DNA of 64,000 nt from the NCBI GenBank assembly GCA_977017645.1, contig OZ360223.1, positions 80,662,001 to 80,726,000 of the forward strand, written 5' to 3'. Under the pieces are notes generated by a model that worked only from the letters and a program-made list of their open reading frames with translations, did no database searches and had not been told where the DNA came from. A program made the position numbers and the translations under genes. How positions within the stretch are numbered: the stretch's first letter is position 1; each line of letters opens with the position of its first letter. Positions 47,554 through 59,961 of the stretch are shown here, in pieces. This DNA comes from Torpedo marmorata (Eukaryota).

Positions 47554-49325
47554 GACCAGATACACGTCGATCCCAGTGAAATTTCTATCTTGGTACAATA
47601 TAGTGTTAGTCATTTCAAATAATGCAATTGTTCCTGCATGCAAAATCTTTAAAATATATTCAAGGTGTTAGCCCTAAATTTATAAATTTAAATTTAATAA
47701 TTTTTTAAATTTTAAAATTTAAATAATGCAATTAAATTTAAATAATGCAATTGTTCCTGCATGCAAAATCTTCATTAAAATATATTCAAGGTGCTAGCCC
47801 TGTGGTAAGACTTCAGAATTTTGTTTGAATTGAAGGACATTTGCATCATCTTCCAAGATTTAAGAATACATTACTCAGAATGGCAATCAATGGTCCACAA
47901 AGGAAATGACTAGGAATATGCCATTTAACCTCAAGTCTATTCAGGCATTTTATCAAATAAGATGATTTTACATCAAATTCATTTATCTGTTTTTGTGTTC
48001 TACATCCCTTCAGAACTCAAATAAATTGATCAGTTTTATAAATGTTAGATGACCCTCATAACAGTCGTACAGGCAGCATTTAAAATTCCTCTATTGGAGG
48101 AAATACCAACAAGTTTCATCATTATCATTTTGAATACCCCAATTAGATTGCCCAAGATCCACTGAATTCAAGTGAGCACCAAATTCAGGCAACCCAAACT
48201 CAATCTTTAAACATTGGTATAATTTCAGTGAGATTGCACTGTAGTTCTTATAAAGCTAACGGATAAAATTTTGGGCTCTGCAGTGAAAGAACAGTGTTCA
48301 TCATTCACTGTGAAGAATTGCATTTTCTGATTTTGTCCAGTGACCCTCAATTGCTCTGTGCAACTCGCTGATTGCAGGGAAATCTAAAAAGAATTTTTTA
48401 ACAAAGTACAAAGAATCCCTAGCAAGCCAAGTAGAATGGATGCCAGGAAGTGTTGACAAAAAGTGACATTTAAAATCATAGATATAATGAAAGAAAACTA
48501 AAATGAAATTGAAAAGGGAGATATTAAAGAACAGTGCAAAATAAAATAAAGTAAAGTTCAGTCCCTCTCAATTTACAATGCTAATTAATTTGAGGAAATA
48601 AAACTCAATTTTTAAAAATTCAATTTGCAAAGCTAGCAGAATCTTTTGCCAAGATCACATTACTAAAATATTCCTCAGTTCTGAATGAAGCAGCCCTTGG
48701 CTTTTATTGTCTTGAGAAAGAAACTACCAGACAGGTTCTCACACATTCATGTTACTGCATAAAAGGTACACATGCAAGTGCTATACCAATGGTAAATGCT
48801 CATAACCTCACCATTCTACATCAACACGGATTTCGCAGGATTCATCTTTTGTCCAAAGCTCTGAACAATTTTGGGGCTTTGCATGAAAACTCATTTAATG
48901 ACAAAATTTTGATACTTTTCTAGATACTTTGTGGTATTCAAATCCCTTAAAAGATACATTATCCTTAACATCTACCTACCAAAAGAAAGCCAACGAAACC
49001 TTATGCACACCTGAGTGAATGGTGAGGGGAAATAAACTGATCTACTTTAAACAGCTGGCAAGCTACCTACAATATTTTCAAATCAATTAACCATTTTGAA
49101 AAAAAAAAATTAAAAATGTCCCTTTGCACTTCTCATTGTTAAGACACTCCAACAATTAGCTCCAACCAGGTCTTGCTTTTACTGCACCTTCAGTTCATCG
49201 GAATGAATCCCTTCATCCCATCAGATAAACAAGTACAGAGAACAATGTGCCTGGACATCTAACCAAATGACGGTAGCAAATTATCAGCACAATACCATTT
49301 CAAAGAACAAGAATTATCAGCATAC

Positions 49326-49392
49326 CTGTTGATTTTGAAATTCCTGGATCATGGCCAGCTGAAGTCCAACAACTTCTCGATGTTGCAACTCA
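49326..49392 (-). CDS. NEDD1-like gene, 67-nt penultimate exon (ELQHREVVGLQLAMIQEFQNQQ)
   Basis: AAACAG acceptor, CAG|GTATGC donor, phase 2 to 0; aligns to NEDD1 EACHRDIVNLQVEMIKQFHMQL (recalled). Confidence 0.8.
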
Positions 49393-50654
49393 CTGTTTAT
49401 ATGCAAGAAATAACCAGAATAGAAACTTTGCTCAATGGAAATTCTTAAGTAGATTGATAATACACATTGTAATGGAGGACAGGTAAAACGTCAGGGGACT
49501 CGTGAGCAAAGCATCAAAGGTGCAATGAGGGGATGGAATTGGCAAAAAGGTACACATGATCAATTGTGGAATACAACAGCTCAGAATTTGCAGCTGCAAA
49601 GTCTATGTAGGTTCTTCAGTATTAATACTTAATTAGGCAAATGACAAGGAGGTAGGCCATCAGGGTGACAAACTTTATCAGAGACAGTACTTTGAACTAA
49701 CAGTGTCTGGAACAAGAATGCATCAAAAGTCATACCACTAGCACTGCTTCACCTTCAAAGACAACATCCACACTAACCAACTATACACAACTTAAATTCA
49801 CTCAATCTTTTGATCTTCTCATCTACAAACTCTTCAGTGGGAGGTCTACCAGACATCTCTGAAATGTCCATTCTAGGCACAGTTAATTGCAATGGATGAT
49901 TTCTCCAGAAAGGCTTAAAATGCACCAGGTCTTGCATCCCATGTGCAATTATTGCTTCAACACGATTGTCATTATATCTACGAATATACTGTATTACACA
50001 TTAAGAAACTATGGTATTAATATTTTAAACACCTAATTGGTCACATACAACTTAATACAGGGCTGATCTCTCCTTACTATGATAGCAATTACAATGAAGA
50101 TTCCTCGTTACATTGAGCTCAATCACAAGTCTCCACATCTCCATCTCTGTGCCTTTACCTGCATATCATTCTGCATTCCAATGCAATTATGTTTCCTACA
50201 GATACCAGTCATTTCCTCTTTCCTGCTGTTCCTTTTGAAGTCAGAAGATTATCTCCTCTGACAATGCATTTCTGGATTATTTCCCAGCCTATGAACTCTT
50301 TCATGACCGCTTATAATCCACCTTTGTCACATCAGGTAACATCAGTCCAACACAGCATTGCCAGAGCTATTGAACAACTTCCGTATTGCAAAGAATTTCT
50401 TTCTTGACAGATCCAAATTAATTTGTGCTTGATTCAGATGGCTTAGAAATTTTATAAACAACCATCCGGTAGACACCAACCCCTTCCCTAAATGCTCCGC
50501 AGACTCGGCCTGGCCACCATTTTGTCTACACCCAATTTGAGAGATACAACAGCACATCGTGATGAACCTTCAGTTGCTCACTTAACTTGCACATTGGTGT
50601 AATTGCCCCAAAACTGGTTCTATCATGCTGTTCAATCACATTGAATTTTGAGAT

Positions 50655-50960
50655 TCAGGCCCTTTGAATCCACGAGTCCATTTGACCAATTAACCTAACC
50701 CTGTACATCTTTGGAACTTGGGCGGAAACTGGGGCACCCAGAGGAAACCCACGAAGTCACAGGGAGAACGTACAAACACCTTACAGATTGGGGTGGAATC
50801 GAACCCCAGTCATAGCATGAAGAAGCACTCAGGCTCGAAACATCGGTTAAATATCTTTACCTCCGATGGACACAGCGAGACCTGCTGAGTTCCTCTAGCA
50901 TTTCTGTGTTTCACTGGCACTGTAATAGCATTGCACTAACTCCTACACAAACGGAGGCAC
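50655..50960 (-). mobile_element. V-SINE-like element with a ~100-bp repeat nested at about 50815-50913
   Basis: Similar to the SINE at 6401-6651 (GGAAACCCACG, GTACAAAC.CCTTACAGA, B-box-like GGAATCGAACC). Confidence 0.65.
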
Positions 50961-51446
50961 CCCATTCTATTCCTGATTACTCTTCCAGAGTCAGTGAGAT
51001 TTGTGAAGACTCCTATTATTCTGAGAAAGCCTCCTGAAAGGCTCTTCACTTCAGCTATTCATAAAATACCTCCCAGCACCAGATGCAAAATATTCACCCT
51101 CTCCCCCATTTCCTCCAGGACATGCAAACCAAAGCTATTTTTCTGGTCAGTCCTCAACCTTGTCGTGGGCTCTTTTGGTACTTCTGTAATCAACATTTTT
51201 TTTCTCCACTACCTCCATGCCATTATGCTTCATTTGTTGACCAACAGCAAAACAGATATTTGCCCAGATTTAAGTCAGCACTGCAAATCCACAACTCGTG
51301 AAGAACACACTCAATAACCTTTTTCTGTATGCAAGGCACGTTCTTTCTTAATATTGTCAATTCTTATTGCAAACATCTTCTGGAGATGGCAAGTTACCAT
51401 TCAACAATACAAGATTTCACCACAGACCTTGCCTTCATCATCCCAT

Positions 51447-51765
51447 CAGGGCTGGATAGAGTGAATGTGGAGAAGAGGTTTCCTGCCATGGGAGAGTACA
51501 AGATCAGAGGGCACAGCCTCAAAATAAAAGCCAGAGGATGGTGAATCTCTGGAATTCATTGCCACAGACTGCTGTGGAGGCCAGATTACTGGGTATATTT
51601 AAAGTGGAGGTTGATAGGTTCTTGATTTGTATGGGTGTCGAAGGTTATGGGTAAAATGCAGGACAATGGAGTTGAGATGAAAAATACATCAGCCATGATT
51701 TGAATAGCAGAGCAGTCTCAATGGGCTGAATGGCCTAATTCTGCTCCTACGTCTTATGATTTTAT
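51447..51765 (+). mobile_element. CR1 3' end fragment
   Basis: GLDRVNVEKRFP...RGHSLKIK peptide; GGGCTGAATGGCCTAATTCTGCTCCTA tail. Confidence 0.8.
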
Positions 51766-52303
51766 AATCTTTTCTCAATATCCATAGCACAAAACATTGA
51801 CATCTTCAAATTGTTGATCTGCCTCAACTCAGCAAGGTCTTGTACTTGACTGCTGAGCTCCACTTTCCCCTTGCACCATGTCTCATCAGGTGGTTTGTCA
51901 ACGAATCCCACCTGCAAAAATGCCTGTAGGTCACTGCACATTCCTCGTTCACCACACGTGCCCTTTGGAAAGGGCTGTCCACTCTCGCTGCAAACCTATC
52001 CCAGCCTATACTTCCTGGACAGTTCTATGGCAACCACTGAACTCTCAGCAACCATCACTATTTGGTTGTTGCAGAATTCCCAATGTCTGCAGCCTGTACA
52101 CAACTTGTTGCCTTTGAAGGCCATGTCCAGTAGTCTGTTTGGATGGAACCAGTCCAGCAAAAAGTGCAAATATCTGCTGGATTTCTTCATTTCCCAAAGC
52201 CAAGAACCTTTCAATAAAATATTTCCTCATTCCAAGGGATTTAATCTAATCTGCCTCATTATAAATCCCTCATTTGTATGCACATTACACGAGATTAACA
52301 AAC

Positions 52304-52451
52304 CTGAACTCCTCCAGGGTATCTTTCAGCATGTTTTCCATTAACTGTACCACTGCCCAAGGGATTGCATGTTCTTTTTCCCTCTCTTTGTCTGGTTGGA
52401 GAGAAGGGCAACTCGGTGATTTGGTCTCAGTCCTGGGATTGGTTTCTTGTT
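52304..52451 (-). CDS. NEDD1-like gene, 148-nt exon (EQETNPRTETKSPSCPSLQPDKEREKEHAIPWAVVQLMENMLKDTLEEF)
   Basis: Pyrimidine tract plus CTACAG acceptor, CAG|GTTTGT donor, phase 1 to 2, in frame with the 67-nt exon; VQLMENMLKDTLEEF resembles NEDD1 IRFIQNMIQETLDDF (recalled). Confidence 0.8.
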
Positions 52452-53404
52452 CTGTAGCAAAGAGAAATATGCAAACAGAAATAGATTTTAATCGATAGCC
52501 ATTTGTTGAAATCACTTGCAATGATCACCAGCATCACATATTACGATTGACTAAACACAACTCAAACAGAAAAACACTTCTTTCTATTTTATTACGAAGG
52601 AGGTAAACAAGTCAAGAAAAGGCTTAATTGTTCAATTTTTTTTAATGGAAAACACCCTTGCGGGATATCTGAAATAAAAACAGAAAATACTAGGAACATT
52701 TAACAGGTCAGAAAGCATCTGCAGAAGGAGAAGTTGTTGTTTCAGGTCTGGGACCTGTCATCAAAACTGGGACTTATTTCCCTTTGCAATTCCCAACAAT
52801 AACATTCACAAACAAAACAAGACAAAGCATTGTCCATAAGCTTTGATCCAACTTCTCTCGCTTCACACCCAATACAAAATTAAAAAAATATTGAAAGGAA
52901 CCATTAAATTTGGCAGTACAACATTGCAAGCCTGCAGTTTGAAGATATTCTGACACTCAGGTGTTTTAAAACAAAAAAAAATAAAACCACCTGCACTGTC
53001 ACAGGAAAGTTAGGTGACAGTTGGTTAGCTGATGACATTACTTGTGGGTTGTCAGAGGCTCAGTGTGCAGAACCTCATGTGATCAACAGTACTTGTGCTG
53101 GAAGTGACCACCTTCCTTCATTCTGCATTCCTGATGGGTTTTTCTCCCCAAATCGGAAATACTAATTCACCATCAGTTTTTCTTTCCCTTTGATTAAAAA
53201 CTTCCTTCAGTTCCACAAGCACAAAGTCTATGAATGATTTTTATCATGGGACCACAACTTCATACCACGAGATGCTCTTTAATATTATAATGGTCATACA
53301 TCTTCATAGCTTGAACTCAGTTGCAAATACACAGGAAAAGAATGTTATGGTGACTGGTTTTGAGTAGTGCATTCTTGAAGTTACTGAAGCCTTGTAATCA
53401 CCTG

Positions 53405-55624
53405 AGTGCAGGTTATTATAATATGCCATTTAGTCAGGCAATTAGACAAGGTGAAATACTAAGCATGCATTTTTTATTAATGAGTTAAATAAGCAAGGAT
53501 AAATTAGTTGACGTGATTCTCCGTGTTACTTGAAAAACATGGTTTTATCATTGTTATTGAGTATAAATAACTTGACTGTTTGAAGGTGGATTTTAAAAAA
53601 GCAACAGGGAGCAAGCACTCTTATGTCTGAAGATGTTTATATCTAAAAAATGGGAGAAACCAGCAAGACTGGTGGAATCTTTAGCAAACAGGATTGTTAA
53701 GTTTCATGTTTTCATTTCTGTATTTTAACTTGTGCTTTAAACTTTAAAATAGCAATGACCCAATATTTCTGTTAAAATATATGAGTGCTTTTATCATAAA
53801 ACTATCTATTCTTTCTTTCCACCAGAGTTTGGATGGGGAAACATTTTGAGAACGAGAAAAATACATCACGTTAATTTGTGTCATTTGTTGCTTTCTGTGT
53901 ACAAGAAATTTGTGCCAATAGGTGTACATAGCGACTTGCATGTGACAACTATTTTCCTAATCATGAACAATTTTGGAAGACCAAGGCCACACAAACTTCA
54001 ATTCTCAGTCTCCAACGCAATCCCTTTCTCTGCCAATTGTCTAAAATGGAACCAAACATTCTGCAACTTCAATGTTATTTAACTCAAAAAGGATAGAGTG
54101 TTGACCTGAAACTTGACAATCCCTCACTGCCCTGGCCCCTCCGTCATCCCCACAGATGATGCTCAACCCATTGAGTTTCCCCAACACTTTGGTTTTTGGC
54201 TCAGATTCCAGAATCTACAGTTTCTCATGTTTCCTTTAAAGAACTTGATCTTAACCTGGACCTGCCATTGAATTATTTGCCATCACTCATGCTGCGCCTC
54301 AGCTGCCATCATCCTCACTCACACCCTCATTACCTCAAGATTTGACTGCTAGCCTGTCTCCTTCCTGATCAGGCACTGCAACCTTGAGTTCATCTGAAAG
54401 CTGTTCACTATTGTGCTTAAAGACCAACGCTGGCTTAAATTTAAAACTATATTTTTCAAATCCTTCCCTGGACTTATTCTTACCTCTGCATCCATTCGCT
54501 TCCAGTCTTTATCTTTGTAGAAATCTGTATTCCGCCAATTTGGCCACACGAGGATCCCTATAATTAATCTTTCCACTTCAAACAGACGGAATTGCCTCAT
54601 CCATAAACTCAGGAATTCATCAGAAAATGTCTATAACATTGCTCTTTGAAAATAGTTCTTTATCATCTATCTTAATATTTTCTCATGATTCTTAAGGTCA
54701 AAATTTGATTGATAGTATTCTTATAATCGAACTTGAAATGTTTTGCAACATTGATCTGTATGAATATGTACACAGGGCCCACATACAAATGCTCATTGCA
54801 CTCTGTTAAGTAATACTAATAAAGTAATTGGATAACAAGATGTAATAGTTGCTGTATACATTTATCTCCACTTGCTAACTCAACCAAAATAGCAGCATTG
54901 AAAACAAATGCAATCTGAGATAGCATGCATAATTAATAGATTATATGTTTTCAAAATAATTTATTTGTAGCTTTCTTGGATGTTCCAATAAATTCAACCA
55001 TATTCTGTGACTGCCGCATATTAAAAAAATGTGGTTTCTGTTCTCTTTGCCAAGGACAGAATGAACTGTATTCAGCATTTACATCTCAGTGGGGTGTTAA
55101 AGTTGACAGTTTCAATTTTAATCCTCAATTAAAAAGTTGGAGAGATCATTCAGGCTTGAGGCATACACTAATAATCAGTGGAATCCCAAAGTGGTTGCAA
55201 AATAAGTCAGTCTTTTAAAAACAGCGACTAGAAGTACAGGATGTTGAAATTAACATTGCCTTTTAAAGAACTTGTGTGCTCCAGTCAATCAATCAATACT
55301 CCATACAAGCCATTGCTTGCCAGGTGTGTCCTTGCTGCGATTTTGATTAACAGTTCAACAGACAAGTGTTTGAAATTGATCTCGAAGACAAGTGCATGCA
55401 GATTACTGCAATGTAGCACAATTCCAAAAGTACATTTCTTAAAACACCTTCAGTCAAGTTATTTATACTCAATAACAATGATAAAACCATGTTTTTCAAG
55501 TAACACGGAGAATCACGTCAACTAATTTATCCTTGCTTATTTAACTCATTAATAAAAAATGCATGCTTAGTATTTCACCTTGTCTAATTGCCTGACTAAA
55601 TGGCATATTATAATAACCTGCACT
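53405..55624. repeat. Perfect 174-bp inverted repeat (53405-53578 / 55451-55624) around a 1.87-kb spacer
   Basis: Base-by-base reverse-complement comparison found no mismatch. Confidence 0.92.
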
Positions 55625-55757
55625 TAGAAAGGAAGTTGATTGATCCTGACACGTACTTTGGTAGAAGTTTGTTATATAATTTTGTTTTATGGTCAGGAAA
55701 ATTTTGAACTTTGAAGAGCACCCTCTTCAATGAAAGCTATTTTTCCAGTGATCCAAG

Positions 55758-57064
55758 TATTACGAACATAGACTACAAACAACAGTACCAAATATTCTTG
55801 TGCACATCATCAATAAAACAAACCAAAGGGACACAAAGCAGTTTGTTAGAAATGTAAATAATGTGGTCTTGTATTCACCAAGTATATAACCTATTGACAG
55901 AAACCTTGCTAGTACTAACAAAGAAACAGCAATGGAATATGCACCAGACAATGGTAAATTCAAAAATAGTTTTTATTTAAACTATTAATAACATAACATA
56001 TCTTACTTATCTCTAAACTTAACTCTAACTTAAACTCCACTATGCGCAAATGTAAATGTGTGTGTTAAAGTCCAAACTAGTTCAGCTTAAACTTAAATCT
56101 GAAAAAGTCAATTTTTAAAGTCCAGTTTCCAACTTCTTTTGTTTTTCTTCGGGATTCCTTTAAATTGTGATTCAGAAATTATTATAAAGCAAGAATGGAA
56201 TATTCAATTTCTTTCAAACTCACACATCTTTTGATGAGTTGTCTTTCAGAGATAGTCTTCATACGAGTGTTCACAAGGTTCCCCCTATCTTGTTAGGGTT
56301 ACGGAACTGTAATCTTCAAAATGATTTCTTAATCAGGAGTAACATACGCTGATGTCCTCTTTTCTTAGAAAAGAATTTGAAAAGTGGTCTTACTTATTTT
56401 AAAAGCCACATATGGTGTATCTCCTATGATAAGGATAATATACAGAACAGCACCTCCTCACTCAGAGATTCACTGTTCAGACTCAATTCTGCCTTTCCAG
56501 AATATTAAAGTTCTTCAGACTTCATATCTTCGTTTTTCCGAAGTGTCAGAGTTTTTTCCAGTCTGGTTCAATCTGCTTCTAAAATCCTCTCTGCTTTCAT
56601 TATATATTTCTGACATCATGTGACATTACATCACCACAATTATAGTTTCATTTTCAGAAAGCATTACCTCATACCTTTCTTCAGAAATCACTTACATCTG
56701 ACCTTATCTCTGTTCCAAGAGGTTTAAGTGATTACGACTCCGAATAGTCTGGCATATGTCACTCAAATGGCACTCGAGTTTGTAACAGCTGCTATCATAA
56801 GGCTTTTAAAAACCACTTCAGTTTTTTAAATCACTTAAATGTTTTTAAGCAACCACTTCAGGTTTTATGGCTTTTGACTTTCATAGACTTGTCGACTCCG
56901 AAAACTCCCAGCTGCAATTTCTTTCTCTCAGTAATAGTTTTTTTTCTGCAAATGTGCCGTGACCTGTGTGTGACCCTGTACCAGCCCACAAATAACCTTA
57001 CTAAGATATCTAATTCTATAACTTAACTTTAAATATTAATATTAACATTAACACATCCGTCACA
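55758..57064 (-). mobile_element. Solo LTR, copy B (1307 bp)
   Basis: Colinear with 45820-46996 with about 130 extra bp near the left end; termini TATTACG...CGTCACA; TSD not clean (CAAG/CATT). Confidence 0.8.
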
Positions 57065-57180
57065 CATTGCATGAGCATAATTACAATTGTCTACCTTTAC
57101 TGTTGTCTGCACATTGATTATTATGCTATAGCATCAGTGCAGTCAGAATTAAGCAAAATGCAGATCAAAGCACAACTTAC

Positions 57181-57265
57181 CAATCAATTCCAGTTCCGAA
57201 TTACAGCAGTGCAAATTTTGTGCTTGGGCACATTTCTCTGCTGTTAAACAGGTAGCTTCACTGAA
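57181..57265 (-). CDS. Candidate upstream exon of the NEDD1-like gene (FSEATCLTAEKCAQAQNLHCCNSELELI)
   Basis: Strong donor G|GTAAGT in phase 1, matching the next exon; acceptor CTCTTCCAG (alternative at 57240); open frame but no recognised homology. Confidence 0.45.
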
Positions 57266-59961
57266 CTGGAAGAGATATTATAAATTAGTTGGAAAACCTT
57301 CAGCATTCCTTTAAGATATACTAAGCATGTTACCAAGAAACCACAATAAGGGATGATTTCTGCGTTGCCAAGTAAATAACTAGCTATAAATTAACAATTT
57401 AAAAAAGTACATTAAGGTGGAAGATATTTCTTTCTTTCATTCCATAATTAGAATGTGAAAGGCAGCGCAGCAAGTCGACTCTGTAGCCAAGGCAATTGCG
57501 GCATTTAAGTGCAAATAAAAAATTCAAAGGAAAACTATGAAGTAAAATAGAGACATAGTTGGCATACATTAAATTAGAGATGAAAGCACAGATGAAGAGT
57601 TGGTAGCTGACTTGGGATAGTGGGTTAAGTGACTTTACTGTTCAGATATTTCAATTTTTTTTTTAAGACAACAACTTCTGATTGTTCATTCTCAAAATAA
57701 TTTTTGAGATTTGGTCAATGCTCAAAATCATATTTAGTCATAACTTCCCATAACTGATCTTTTAAAGGTGGTTGTTAGCCCTCCCCTTGAATCACTGGTG
57801 TACTATGGTAATGATGCTGCTGGGATAGCAAATTTCATGTTGACAAACTTTTGCCCACTGAATAATTACATGTAGAAAGAAGTGAAGCAACATCACAGCT
57901 CACTGGGGTTGACAAACTCTGTTCATAAGAATTCTGCAAGAGGGGAAATCTCAATGATGGATACCATTCTGACAGGACTTGAGCGACTCGATCCTGGGCG
58001 AATGTTTCTGCTGGTTTTATGGAGTGGGGGTGGGTGGGGTGGGGTGGGGGGGGGTGGTGAAGGTGCATTCTAGACCAGAGCTCTCAATCTCAGGAAATTT
58101 CTTCAAAGTGAGTGGTGAACCTGCAGAACTCCACACACAAGACTCTGGTGGCCAAGTCATTGAATACATTTACAAGATTGATTGATTTCTCGGCACAATG
58201 AGTACAAAGGGACCAAGGGGAGCAGTGGGAGACCTGGAATATGGTATTGAGACAATGGATCAACCATGATAATATTGAATAGCATGACAGTCTGGAACAG
58301 CCTACTTACTGCACCTACTTTGCTGTGTTTCTCCCTCACATACTAAAACACTTCGATGCACTTCATAATAGAACTATGGAAAGAGGTCAGCTTGGCATGA
58401 TGAGGAACAATTCTTGTTCTTCAATAAGAGCTATGACAACAGCTTGCCTTCTGTTGCATCTTTCACAAAGATACTACTGGCATGCAACAAAACAAATTTT
58501 AACACAAGGAGAAATTAGGAAAATTGACCCAAAGCGAAATTAAAGATACCGGCATGAGAAGAGATTGAGAACAAGAATTAGGTTTGCAGAATCAAGAACT
58601 CAGTCAAAAGGCCATGATGTCTGCTTTTTAACCCCAGGACCTTCTGCATTTTGAATACCACTGTTCAACTTATTTCCACGATTTTGTCTGGCATTCCATT
58701 CCAAAACCCAATCATTTGGAAAATAAAATTGTATCATATCTGGGTTTTTAATGTTAGTCATCTTAAATCCACAACCAACTCTTTAACCTTCGCTAACAGG
58801 CTTCTCTCTATTTGGTCTAATCCCTTAACATTCTTAAAAATCTCAATCAAATCTCCTGAGCTTTGATGGTTCAAAAGTAAAAACTTTGTCTACCTACACA
58901 ACTATCTTTCAAAACCATTCTCGTAATTTTTTTGTTATCGTTTCCAATATCCTCATGCACTACCTCAGTAAAGCAGACAAAATACTTATCTTGGGCCAAC
59001 GTGCAGATTTTAGCACAACTTCCTTGCTTTTATATTCTCTGACTCAGTTTATCATGCCCAAGATCCAATATATTCCATTAACAGTTTTGTGAGATTTACC
59101 AGGAAGAGATTGAGAAGAGATAAACCAGATGTTGCCTTGATGAGAGACGAGATGAGCTACAAAGAGGGGTGAGACAAACTTGGGCTGTTTTCTCCAGAGC
59201 ACTGGAGGCCAAGAAGAGACACGATAGAAGTTAATAAAATAATGAGAGCCATTGACAGGAAAGACAGTCAGAAGCTTTTTCCCCAGGCGAAACTGTCACA
59301 CAGTTGAGAACAGACATTTAAGGCAAGGGAGGGCAAGTGCGTGCTTTTTGTAAAACCACACACAAAGTGGGAGGTGCCTAGAACAGGCTGCCAGGAGTAG
59401 TTGTGGAAGCAGATACAATGGTAGCATTTGAGGCTTCTCAATAGATGCACATAACGCAGGGATTAGAGGGATACACATCAGCAAGCAGCAAAATTTAGTT
59501 TAACTTGCGCATTATGGTTGGGGCAGACAGAAATACCAGCAAATGCTTTGAGTTTTTAGGTACCTAATAAAGTTGTAACATTTCGCTAGAAGGGTGTTTA
59601 ATCCAAACGATCAACTCAGTTCCTCTTCCCACAGATGTGGCCTGACCTACTGTGTATTTCTTGCATTTGGAATCAGAATTTATTTTCATGAACATGTGTC
59701 ACAAAATTCATTGTTTTGCGGCAGCATTGTTGTGCATTATAGGTACAAAAATTGCAATAAGTTACATTCCATAAATATACCATTAAAAAATAAATCAAAT
59801 AGTGCAAAAGAAGAGAAAAAAAGGTGAGGTAGTATGTGGTTCATTGTCCATTCAGATATCTGAGGTGGAGGAGAAGAAGCTGTTTTAGTACCATTAAGTG
59901 TTTATTTTTTTTATATTTAGACTTCCAATAATATCTGCAGGAAATTTTATTTCACAGCTTG

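Noticed and set aside
48200-48384. Open minus-strand frame after a TTTTTAG acceptor (ISLQSASCTEQL...)
   Set aside because: No similarity to NEDD1; the exon at 44752-44859 fits much better. An alternative last exon cannot be excluded without RNA data.
51780-52303. Apparent continuation of a protein-like frame after the 52304-52451 exon
   Set aside because: Many stops and no recognisable family; the donor at 52303 joins in frame to the 67-nt exon, so this is treated as intron.
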